Of a stretch of 64,000 nucleotides of DNA, positions 9,266 to 17,900 are shown piece by piece. Location of the stretch: contig JAPLAU010000029.1 in NCBI GenBank assembly GCA_026393115.1, positions 16,057-80,056 of the forward strand. The letters run 5' to 3'. The first letter of the stretch is position 1, and every line of letters starts with the position of its first letter. Source of the stretch: Actinomycetota bacterium (GTDB taxonomy: Bacteria; Actinomycetota; Actinomycetes; S36-B12; CAIYMF01). The position numbers were made by a program, and so were the translations under genes. The notes beneath the pieces are model-generated. The model did not search any database and was not told the DNA's origin. It was given only the letters and a program-made list of their open reading frames with translations.

Positions 9266-9558
9266 CGACCCTCGCTCACGAGGTCGGCAACCGACGTGCC
9301 GGACGACAGCCGCACCCCCGCCGCTGCGACTTCGGCTGGAGTGCCTACGCGGTGCGCGGGCTCGTAGTCGACTACCCTCACGCCGGCGCGTCGCAACCGC
9401 TCACGCACCATGTCAACCTGGGACCCAGCCGTGCTCGGGTCGGTGGCGGCGCTCAGCACTAGGGTGACGAACTCGTTGAGCGATCGGTCGCCGCCTGCCG
9501 CAGCCGCCTTGACTCGAGCGAGGAGCTCATCACTCATCCGCCAGGTCATTTGCGCCAT
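9262..9558 (-). CDS. vapB: RHH antitoxin VapB (copy 2)
   Basis: MAQMTWRMSDELLARVKAAAAGGDRSLNEFVTLVL. I prefer the ATG at 9558, which corresponds to the copy-1 start, over the ORF-track start at 9603. Confidence 0.8.
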   Translation of the reverse strand: MAQMTWRMSDELLARVKAAAAGGDRSLNEFVTLVLSAATDPSTAGSQVDMVRERLRRAGVRVVDYEPAHRVGTPAEVAAAGVRLSSGTSVADLVSEGR

Positions 9559-9586
9559 GCATGCATGATAACAGGCATGCAGGCAT
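9557..9586. promoter_or_regulatory. degenerate copy of the vapBC palindromic operator
   Basis: ATGCATGCATG-ATAACAGG-CATGCAGGCAT has the same spacer as copy 1 and one arm mismatch. Confidence 0.4.
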
Positions 9587-9609
9587 GGAGCCGCGCTTGC
9601 CACTTCCTG

Positions 9610-10635
9610 CTATCTCCACTCCAGGACCCGGGGCTCGGCCTCGATCGGCTGCGGTTCGCCGAGTTCTTTGCCCACACGCAGACCGTGATCGCGCATGCGC
9701 ACTGCCTGCGGCCGGACGCGGGTCTGCATCGCGCCGACTGCGGAGTTGTAGGCGGCAATCGCAGTCTGCAGCCCGCTGCCGACTTTCGCGAAGTAATCAA
9801 CGAAAGTCGCGAGTCGGTCGTGGAGTTCAGCCGCGTCGAGAGCGATCTGCCGCACATTCTCGGCGGTGGCCACCTGCTGCCATCCGTACTCCACCGCACG
9901 CAGCATCGCCAGCAGTGTCATCGGCGTAGCAAGCAGCACCCGCCTGCTGACCGCGTACTCGGAGAGGCTGGGATCGTGGCCGAGCGTGGTGGCGAGAATG
10001 CCCTCGGTCGGAACGAACAGGATCACGAAGTCGACGGCTCCGTCGAGGTAGGCGCTGTAGTTGCGACTGGCGAGGTCGTTGACGTGAACCTTCAGCGCCG
10101 CTGCTTGGGTGGCGGCCGCGTCGGCACGGCCGGTGAAGTCGATGAGCGGTGCCTTGGCGTCGACGATGACGTTACGGCCCTGTGGGAGATAGACGATCAC
10201 GTCAGGCCGACCCCAGCCGTCAGCCGTGCCGATGGTTTCCTGCTCAACGAACGAGACATGTTGAGTGAGACCGGCCAGCTCGACCGTGCGAATCAACGTC
10301 ATCTCTCCCCAGTTGCCCGAGACTGCCGTGCCCTGCAACGCGGTGGAGATGCGGGTGGTCGCCTCGCCGAGTTGCGCACCCTGCGACTCGAGTTTCGCGT
10401 TCTGCTCGGAAATGGTGCGCAGTTGCTGCCCTAGGGCCCCAAACTGACCCTCGGCGCTCGCCTTCACAGCTCCGACCTGCCCCACGACGGCCTGCAACTG
10501 CTCGCGGATGGGAGCGAGGAAGGGCTCGAGGTCGGGCGGTGCGGCAGCCAGAGCAACCTGTGCCGGCCGTCGGACCACGAGTACGAGCACGAGTAGGACG
10601 AGCACAGCGATGAGTGCGATCAGGGCAGTCTCCAT
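9610..10635 (-). CDS. rmuC: DNA recombination protein RmuC
   Basis: N-terminal TM helix (METALIALIAVLVLLVLVLVV), a coiled region, then GNWGEMTLIRTVELAGL and RPDVIVYLPQGRNVIVDAKAPL. I prefer the ATG at 10635. The rest of the 518-aa ORF is antisense shadow of the next gene. Confidence 0.8.
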   Translation of the reverse strand: METALIALIAVLVLLVLVLVVRRPAQVALAAAPPDLEPFLAPIREQLQAVVGQVGAVKASAEGQFGALGQQLRTISEQNAKLESQGAQLGEATTRISTALQGTAVSGNWGEMTLIRTVELAGLTQHVSFVEQETIGTADGWGRPDVIVYLPQGRNVIVDAKAPLIDFTGRADAAATQAAALKVHVNDLASRNYSAYLDGAVDFVILFVPTEGILATTLGHDPSLSEYAVSRRVLLATPMTLLAMLRAVEYGWQQVATAENVRQIALDAAELHDRLATFVDYFAKVGSGLQTAIAAYNSAVGAMQTRVRPQAVRMRDHGLRVGKELGEPQPIEAEPRVLEWR

Positions 10636-10765
10636 GAGCGGAGTCTGACACCGGGGTACGACACTCGAGTCACCCTCGCTCACGGGCCTGAGGTCCACAC
10701 CTCTAGGGTGCGAACACCGATAGTCCCTCGCCTGCGCGGGACCCAACGCAATGAGAGGGAATTCC

Positions 10766-11197
10766 ATGAGCGAGAACACCGAGCCCGTAATTGAGGCCGT
10801 GGCACTGGTTGACGTAGACGGCGACGGAATCGTCGACATCGTGGTCGAACTGGACGACGAGGGCACCACGACGGCGTACGTCGACGTCGACGGCGACGGT
10901 CTCACCGACGTGGTCGTCGTCACCGCCGAGGACGGCTCAAGCGTCACCACGATCGACGTCGACGGCGACGGCATCGCCGACATCATTCTGATCGATGTCG
11001 ACGGCGACGGTAAGACCGACATCGAGATTGACGTGGCAGCTGACGGCTCCTCCGTCACCGCCATCGACATCGACGGCGACGGCATCGTCGACGTCTTGCT
11101 CATCGACGAAGACGGCGACGGAACCGTCGACGCGCTCGTGGCTCTGGATGAGAACGGCGAGGTCATTGAAGTGGCCCTCGTCGAAGAGTCCGAGTAG
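10766..11197 (+). CDS. very acidic repeat protein with about seven D(V/I)DGDGxxD loops (Ca-binding-like), no signal peptide
   Basis: MSENTEPVIEAVALVDVDGDGIVDIVVELDDEG.. An AGAGGGA Shine-Dalgarno-like sequence sits 6 nt before the ATG at 10766, and a strong hairpin lies 24 nt downstream. Asp/Glu plus Val/Ile dominate the composition. Confidence 0.6.
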   Translation: MSENTEPVIEAVALVDVDGDGIVDIVVELDDEGTTTAYVDVDGDGLTDVVVVTAEDGSSVTTIDVDGDGIADIILIDVDGDGKTDIEIDVAADGSSVTAIDIDGDGIVDVLLIDEDGDGTVDALVALDENGEVIEVALVEESE

Positions 11198-11220
11198 TCC
11201 TTAGCCAGTTACCAACAGCA

Positions 11221-11266
11221 CATCAAAGGCCCCTTGCTGCGCGTGCGCGGCGAGGGGCCTTTGATG
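11221..11266. terminator. bidirectional hairpin terminator candidate
   Basis: CATCAAAGGCCCCT-N18-AGGGGCCTTTGATG, a perfect 14-bp stem between convergent genes (10766..11197 plus strand and 11417..11725 minus strand). Confidence 0.6.
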
Positions 11267-11416
11267 TTCCGTCACCGCGTCTGCAACGTCACCCACGAAA
11301 ATCTGCCACGTTGGTCATCTCAAGCCCGGAATTGGGCATCGAGACAGCAAACCCGGCAGATTTTCCCCTCATCGCGCTGACTGGCCGCCTTCGAACCATC
11401 GCGGTTGCGCGAGAAC

Positions 11417-11725
11417 CTAGGAACCGAACAACTCCCCGCGTTCGACCTTCACGTCGTACTCCCACGCCACCACGGCGTACTGCGGAAAGTAGCGCTCGCG
11501 CAGTGCCGACCACATGCGGTCGACCACCTCTGCCGTGGCCAGCACTTCAACCCGCACATTGCCTCCGCCTGCCTCGCTCACACGACGAGTGCGCGGACCA
11601 GCACCCTGCGCGGACGTAAGAGTCCACCCACTCGCACCGGCGAGACGTAGGTCGTTGATGAGTCGCTGCTCCAACACTGCTTCAGCCACAATTGTCAGAC
11701 ACTTCACAGTCGTTCGGTCAGTCAT
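11417..11725 (-). CDS. P-II-like small signalling protein (SbtB-like)
   Basis: 102 aa with a beta-alpha-beta pattern (KCLTIVAEAVLEQRLINDLRLAGASGWT..VRVEVLATAEVVDRM). It lies directly downstream of an SbtA-like permease. Confidence 0.5.
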   Translation of the reverse strand: MTDRTTVKCLTIVAEAVLEQRLINDLRLAGASGWTLTSAQGAGPRTRRVSEAGGGNVRVEVLATAEVVDRMWSALRERYFPQYAVVAWEYDVKVERGELFGS

Positions 11726-11736
11726 CGCCCGTCCCT

Positions 11737-12720
11737 TCAGTGAATCGGGGCGCCAGCAAGCGCTGTCGAAATTGCGAGGTACACCGGAATTCCGATGACC
11801 AGGTTGAACGGAAAGGTAATGCCCAAACTAGCCGTGAGCGTGACTCCCGGATTGGCTTCGGGAAGCGCCAATCGCACGGCCGCGGGTGCGGCGATGTACG
11901 ACGCGCTCGCGCACAGAACACCGAGCACCATCGACCCGCCCACCGACAGTCCCACCAGTTGCCCCACCACGATGCCCGCAGTACCAACGAGGAGAGGGAA
12001 TCCGCAGGCGAAGGCGAGCAATCCGAACCCTGCGGTTCGCACGTCGCTGATGCGACGTCCGGCAATCGCTCCCATTTCCAGAAGAAACAGTGCCAGCACA
12101 CCAGTGAACAGGGCGCCAAAGAATGGCTCCACCTTCACGTATCCGGTGGGGCCGGCCAGGAGGCCGATCACCAGTCCGCCTGCGAGCAGCATGATCGATC
12201 GTCCGCGCACCACCTCGCCAAGCGACTCACGCCACGCGACCTGCGAACCGCGAGCACGGCCGGCAAGCATCAAGCCCACGATGATTCCCGGAATTTCCAG
12301 AACTGTGAGCAGGGTGGCCATAAAGCCCTCGTAACTGATTCCGGCCGATTCGAGAAAGACGAGTGCCGCCGTGAAGGTGACCAACGATGTCGATCCGTAG
12401 TGCGCGGCCATTGCCCCTCGATCGACCACGGCCAGCGGAGTGAGCACACGCAACAACCAGAAGGCCGCCAGCGGAATGAGCAGTCCAAGCACGAGTGCCG
12501 CAATGACCGGGCCGATCACGTCGCTGGGGTTGGATTGGCGTAGGGCCACGCCACCTTTGAGACCGATCGCGAATAGCAAGTAGATCGAGATCGCCTGGTA
12601 GGCAGCGTCGGGAAGTCGCAGGTCGGCGCGAAGTCCTGCTGCCAGCAGGCCAAGGAGGAAGGCAAGTACCGGAACCGAAGCGAGGTTACCGGCCGCGAGC
12701 GAGAGCGAATCGAGATCCAC
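11737..12720 (-). CDS. SbtA-like (DUF897) sodium-dependent bicarbonate transporter family permease
   Basis: 327 aa, about 10 TM helices. The N-terminus LAFLLGLLAAGLRADLRLPDAAYQAISIYLLFAIGLKGG is typical for this family. Confidence 0.6.
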   Translation of the reverse strand: MDLDSLSLAAGNLASVPVLAFLLGLLAAGLRADLRLPDAAYQAISIYLLFAIGLKGGVALRQSNPSDVIGPVIAALVLGLLIPLAAFWLLRVLTPLAVVDRGAMAAHYGSTSLVTFTAALVFLESAGISYEGFMATLLTVLEIPGIIVGLMLAGRARGSQVAWRESLGEVVRGRSIMLLAGGLVIGLLAGPTGYVKVEPFFGALFTGVLALFLLEMGAIAGRRISDVRTAGFGLLAFACGFPLLVGTAGIVVGQLVGLSVGGSMVLGVLCASASYIAAPAAVRLALPEANPGVTLTASLGITFPFNLVIGIPVYLAISTALAGAPIH

Positions 12721-12728
12721 GATGCGAT

Positions 12729-13040
12729 CTACCTCGATTCCTGAAACAGCTCTACGAGTTCACCAATGGTGTGCCCTGCCTCTGCTGCATGCCGGAAGGG
12801 TTGATCGAGATTCACCACGTAGGTATTGCGCCGTCCGTCACGTGAGCGAGTGAGATAGCCCGCACTCTCGAGGTCACTGACGATCGTCTGCGCCGTGCGG
12901 TCGGTCACCCCTGCTGCGGCCGCCAGATCGCGAATGCGCAGTCCCGGATCGCGCGCCACCATGAGCAGAATGCGGCCGTGATTGGTGAGCAACGTCCAGC
13001 CACGCTCGGGAGGGGGATTCTGCGGTACCTGAGTAGACAT
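12729..13040 (-). CDS. winged-helix transcriptional regulator (MarR/ArsR-like)
   Basis: 103 aa. IRDLAAAAGVTDRTAQTIVSDLESAGYLTRSRDGRRNTY is an HTH plus wing. Confidence 0.65.
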   Translation of the reverse strand: MSTQVPQNPPPERGWTLLTNHGRILLMVARDPGLRIRDLAAAAGVTDRTAQTIVSDLESAGYLTRSRDGRRNTYVVNLDQPFRHAAEAGHTIGELVELFQESR

Positions 13041-13183
13041 AAGAAAACAATTGCAGGTATTTTATTTCCTGTCTAATCGGCATCACGTACGGTTGCAGGG
13101 CCCGTGTGACACCTTCGCACTTAGGGGTCGAACTACGAATGAAGGCTGGTCGACCACGCTTGATCACGCACTAGACTGCCGCT

Positions 13184-13474
13184 ATGGGTGAGCTTCGAGA
13201 CCGTGTGCGCCAGAAGGCCGACGAAATCAAGGCCTTGGCTCAAACTCACCACGCCAACGACATCATGGTGTTCGGGTCTGTCGCTCGAGGGGACGATCGG
13301 GCCGATAGTGACATCGATTTCCTTGTCGAATTCAATCCTGGAGCCTCAATTCTGGATCAGGTTCACCTCGAACTCGAACTGCGAACCCTGCTGCAATGCG
13401 ACGTCGATGTCGTTCCTCGAGGCGGGCTCAAACACCGGGACCAACATGTTCTTGACGAGGCAGTGGCCTTGTGA
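13184..13474 (+). CDS. mntA: MNT-type nucleotidyltransferase antitoxin
   Basis: Minimal NTase motifs VFGSVARGDDRADSDIDFLVEF. 4-bp overlap with the HepT gene. Confidence 0.85.
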   Translation: MGELRDRVRQKADEIKALAQTHHANDIMVFGSVARGDDRADSDIDFLVEFNPGASILDQVHLELELRTLLQCDVDVVPRGGLKHRDQHVLDEAVAL

Positions 13475-13791
13475 CCCGAGGTGATGACCTTCGCCGTGCC
13501 GACATCGTGGATGCGTGCGCTGCGTTAGATCGTGTCCTTGAGGCGCGACGATCCACATTGGTCGAGGAGGACATCCTTCTTCGAGCCGCCGAACGGCTCT
13601 TGGAGATCATCGGCGAAGCGGCGACGAGTTGCTCCGCGGAATTCAAGGCTCAGCACTCAGGGATCGACTGGTCGGGGCTTGCCGGACTGCGGATCATTTT
13701 GGCTCACCACTACCACCGAACACAGCCGGAACTAATATGGACATTCGCAGAGGTGGACGCTCGTTTTCTGCGTCGAGAACTGGGGGCGTGA
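13471..13791 (+). CDS. hepT: HepT (DUF86/HEPN) toxin
   Basis: RIILAHHY fits the RX4HXY HEPN motif. 106 aa. Confidence 0.85.
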   Translation: MTRGDDLRRADIVDACAALDRVLEARRSTLVEEDILLRAAERLLEIIGEAATSCSAEFKAQHSGIDWSGLAGLRIILAHHYHRTQPELIWTFAEVDARFLRRELGA

Positions 13792-13817
13792 GTCCACTTC
13801 GGTGCCCGCCTCGGGAT

Positions 13818-14681
13818 TCAGCCCGGAGCCTTATCGGCCCCCGCCTGCTGTGCCTTCAAGGTGACGTTGGCGAGGTTGAGTGACGCAGCACTGAGCTTTT
13901 GGAGCGCCTGGTCCTTGTCGCCGACCCTAATCAGCGGCCACTGCTCATCGGCAGCGGACTTCCAGTAATCCTGCAGGGCTGCGCGAACTTCCTCTCGCCC
14001 CGCGTCGGCGGGGATCGCACCCGCCTCAAAATACGCCTGGACAACGGCCGCGCTCTCGAATTGAACTGCATCGCGCGCGTCGTTGGCGCGGTCGACCGGC
14101 TTAGCGACCACAAACTGGAACACGATAAAGACAACGAGGAAGAAGATGAACATGGCGCCAATCACCGGCGAGATCAGCATCAGGGCCACGCCAAACAACA
14201 GGAGTCGCCCGAAGTCGGTGATAGTTCCAATGAGGGTTTCGAGCATCGGATCTTCGATGGCGTCGATGTCGGAGGTGAGTCGGGTAGTGATTCCCCCAGC
14301 ATCAGGCTGGGAGTACGGGTCAAGGTAGAGCGACTCGATGGCCTGGGTGCGCACGTTGTCGCTGTAGGTGGCAAGGATCGCCGCTGCCGACCACGCGAGC
14401 ACCCACTCAGCAAGCAGCCAGAACACCATGATCGCGGCCCACGCGGTGACGATCTGTGTGAGTTCGGTCTGTGAGCCCCCCGGGGTGGCGAGGGCGATGA
14501 CCTGCCCCACGAGCAGGGGAACGACCGCTCCAGCGATGATCATGAACATATTGCCCACGACGATGCCGAAAGCCGCAAGAGGGCGCCTGAGTGAAGCCCT
14601 GAGCACCTCATGCAGGAAGACCATGACGGACTGCTTTACCTCAGTATGGTGGATTCCGCGGGCGACGTGAAGTCTGCGCAC
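13818..14681 (-). CDS. membrane protein resembling the first four helices of an ABC-exporter membrane domain, no ATPase domain (possible remnant)
   Basis: GITTRLTSDIDAIEDPMLETLIGTITDFGRLLLFGVALMLISPVIGAMFIFFLVVFIVFQ resembles ABC_membrane TM2-TM4. The C-terminal 90 aa are unrelated. The start is uncertain (14681 or ATG at 14621). Confidence 0.4.
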   Translation of the reverse strand: MRRLHVARGIHHTEVKQSVMVFLHEVLRASLRRPLAAFGIVVGNMFMIIAGAVVPLLVGQVIALATPGGSQTELTQIVTAWAAIMVFWLLAEWVLAWSAAAILATYSDNVRTQAIESLYLDPYSQPDAGGITTRLTSDIDAIEDPMLETLIGTITDFGRLLLFGVALMLISPVIGAMFIFFLVVFIVFQFVVAKPVDRANDARDAVQFESAAVVQAYFEAGAIPADAGREEVRAALQDYWKSAADEQWPLIRVGDKDQALQKLSAASLNLANVTLKAQQAGADKAPG

Positions 14682-14744
14682 GACTTAATGAAGTGAAGCC
14701 TTCTGCTGAAGTCTTGCCTGCTCCTCCGTCACGCGTCGGTCCGT

Positions 14745-14803
14745 CGAGACCCCGTTCCAGCGCTACTTTAGGCACCGAAAAATAGCACTGGAGTGGGGTC
14801 TCG
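14745..14803. repeat. 59-bp palindromic REP-like element, copy A
   Basis: CGAGACCCCGTTCCAGCGCTACTTT-aggcaccg-AAAAATAGCACTGGAGTGGGGTCTCG. Intergenic, downstream of the giant gene. Confidence 0.8.
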
Positions 14804-14939
14804 AGAAGTTTGCGTCAGGAGGACTCCATCACGTTGCGAGGATCGTCGGCCGCCGCAAAGCGAAAGCCGCACACTTCATCCCGGCGGCAATTGGCGTCTA
14901 CGCGGCTTGCTGGTGCCGTTCTCGAGGGTTACGTCACGC

Positions 14940-17900
14940 CTAGCCCAGCTTGATGGCGCCGCTGGTGAGGGTGTTGGGCGTCGTGGCCGGTAGTGCGGGT
15001 TGGCCGCTCTTGGGTGTGTAGGTGAACGTAATGGCGATCGTTCCAGCGCTGGCCGGACTGGTCGTGGTGGGAGTGATCGTCAACGTGACCGGAATCGTGG
15101 AACCCACGCTGGCCCAGCCGCCCTTGCCGCTGTTGAGGGTGCTGTTCCACCACGACAGAGTTCCCGTGCCCGTGACAGTGCCGGCGCTACCGCTCTTGCT
15201 GTAGTTGGTGCTCGTGCCGGTGAACTGCCAGGCACCCGGAGCGGTGTAAAGGATCTGTCCGGTGGTACTGGTGGCCTTGCGCGCGGTGAACGCGAAGTCC
15301 GTCGGAGCGAGTGCGTTGCCATACGAGCCTGCACCGACCGCTGACGTACCGCTCAGCGTTGTTGCAACGGCGATCTTCGTCACCGCAACAGCCGCCTGAC
15401 AGTTACTGCTCGCCGCCAGGGTGCTGGTGACGAAGTACGTACCCTCAAGCCAGCTGGTGGTGGCAGGCGTGGTTCCGGTGAGCTTGTAACTGCCCGCCTT
15501 ACCCGTCAGCGGGTTACGGTCCAGCGAGTACACCACGGTGCCGGTGCACACAGCCGGAGTACGCGTGGTGCTCAGAGCCAGCGTTGCTGGAGTGATCGCC
15601 ACTCGCGCACCCGTGTACGTCACCGTCGTCGCCGCGGTTGCGATGGCAAACGTCTTGGAACCAGTCGACCCATTGTGGTTCGCATCACCCGCATACGTCG
15701 CCGAAGCCGTCGCAGTGCCCGAATTCGTATTGCTGGCGTAGGTCACAGTGGCCGTCGTGTTCAGACCACCCGCACCCGTCACCGCGGCAGTACACGGAGT
15801 CTGCGCTGCACCGGTGTACGTCGTCGACGCCGGGCAGGTCACCGTGGTGGTCGATGACGCTTTGGTGATCGTGACCTTGGCGGTTGCCGTCGTGTTGAAC
15901 GTGTAACCGGCCAACACTCCACCCGAACACGTGATCGTCAGCGGTGATGCCGCGACCGAGGTGGACGTGGTGTAGGTGCTTGTGCACGCAGGCTTCGTTG
16001 AACCGGTGCCGAAGGTCGGGCTCACCACGGTGCCTGACACCGAACCAGTTCGCAGCGTGTACGTGTAGGCCGGAACCGCCGAGGCGTAGGTCAGCGACTT
16101 GGCATCAGGCACCACATACACGGTCGTGGCCATCTTGATGGTGAACGTCTTGGAACCAGTCGACCCAGTGTGGTTGGCGTCGCCGGCGTACGTGGCCGAG
16201 GCAGTGGCAGTTCCCACGTTCGTGTTGTTCGTGTAGTTAACAGTCGCGGTGGTGTTCAGACCGCCGGCGCCCGTCACCGCCGCAGTGCACGGAGTCACCG
16301 CCGAGCCGGTGTAGGACACCGACGCCGGGCAGGTCACCGTCGTAGTCGAGGCAGCCTTGAGAATGGTCAACAGTGCAGTCGACGTCGTGTCGAACACGTA
16401 ACCGGCCAACACCCCACCCGAACACGTGATCGTCAGCGACGACGAGGCAACCGGAGTGGTCGAGGTGTAACTGCTCGTGCAGGTAGGAGCCTGCTGAGCC
16501 GCCTTGGCATCACGTTGCACCGGGAACACCGGGAACACTTGGGGTCCGGTCGGAGAGCCTGAGTGATACGTGAACGAGTACTTTGACCGATCATCATTGG
16601 CAGAGACACTGTCGGCGTACACGACAGTCTTGGGATCGGGCACCACGTAGATCTTCACGCCAATAATCGAGAACGTCTTGCTATCCGACGAGCCAATGTG
16701 GTTGGCATCACCGTCGTACGTATACGAGGCAGACGCCGTGTTAGTACCGATCGCAGTGTTGTTCGCATAAGTAGGTGTCGGAGTCAGCGAGAAACCACCA
16801 GCACCAGTCACACTCACCGAACACGGCGTCAACGCCGAACCGGTGTAGGTCGCGGAAGCCGGGCAAGTGACGACGGTAGTTGAAGCCGCCTTGTTCACGG
16901 TCAACGCACCATCGGTGTAACTGGTCGGATTGAAGTTATCCGACGAACCACCCGAACAATGCGTCACATACGAACCAGCGTTCAACGTTCCCGACACCGC
17001 ACTGGTGTAAACCTGCGGACTCGACACCGCAAACACATCACACGAAGGATCAACACTCCAGTCACCACTGGTGGTCAACGGATCCGTGCTGTAACCAATG
17101 CTCGGAGTCACATCCCCGTAGGTAATCGTCGGAGTCACAGCCGTCACCGTCACATCAGCCTGATCCACGGTCAACGCACCATCGGTGTAACTGGACGGAT
17201 TGAAGTTATCCGACGAACCACCCGAACAATGCGTCACATACGAACCAGCGTTCAACGTTCCCGACACCGCACTGGTGTAAACCTGCGGACTCGACACCGC
17301 AAACACATCACACGAAGGATCAACACTCCAATCACCGGCCACCGTCAACGGATCCGTGCTGTAACCAATCGTCGGAGTCGAATCGCCAAACGTGATCGTC
17401 GACGGAGAATCAGCAGTCACCGTCACATCGGTGACCGCCGAAGCAAGCACGAAGAACGGTGCGCTCACATACTCGACCGTCGTGGCGACGGCCGGGTCTC
17501 CACCGTCGCAGTGACGCTGGTATTCACCTACAAGAAGTAGTCCAGTCAGCGGCGAGCTGAAGGTCGAGTCTGACAAATCGAACACGCTGCAGGTCGGCTT
17601 GGTGGTCCAGTCTCCGCTCGCTGTGGCAGGACTCGTGGTGTAGTCGATGGTCGGCACTGACTGATCGCTGGTGATCGAACTCGGATCACCCGGCGACACG
17701 ATGGTCGTGTCGGCCGACGGGGTCCCCAGCGCAAACGGCGACAACGAACTGACCGTGCCGCAGACAACCCCATACACCTCGTCGTAACTGGTGGTCACGT
17801 CTTGCCAGGTCGGCACGGGAAGATCGGCGTTGTAGTGGAACATGCGGGGCTTAGTCGGGTTACCCGTGTCGTATGGCATACACACGTGGGTCAAGCCACT

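Noticed and set aside
9550..10434. 294-aa plus-strand ORF; likewise 39192..40139 (minus), 54158..54922 (minus), 11692..12543 (plus), 26958..27788 (plus), 29663..30424 (minus), 47260..47904 (minus), 53711..54412 (plus), 60757..61437 (plus) and 62037..62861 (plus)
   Set aside because: All overlap well-supported genes on the opposite strand or in another frame. All show the Arg/Pro/His/Ser-rich bias of non-coding frames in high-GC DNA.
10636..11166. N-terminal 177-codon extension of the rmuC ORF (518-aa version)
   Set aside because: The Ser/Thr/Pro-rich low-complexity sequence is the mirror image of the GAC/GTC-rich acidic repeat gene on the plus strand. RmuC homology and its TM helix begin at the ATG at 10635.
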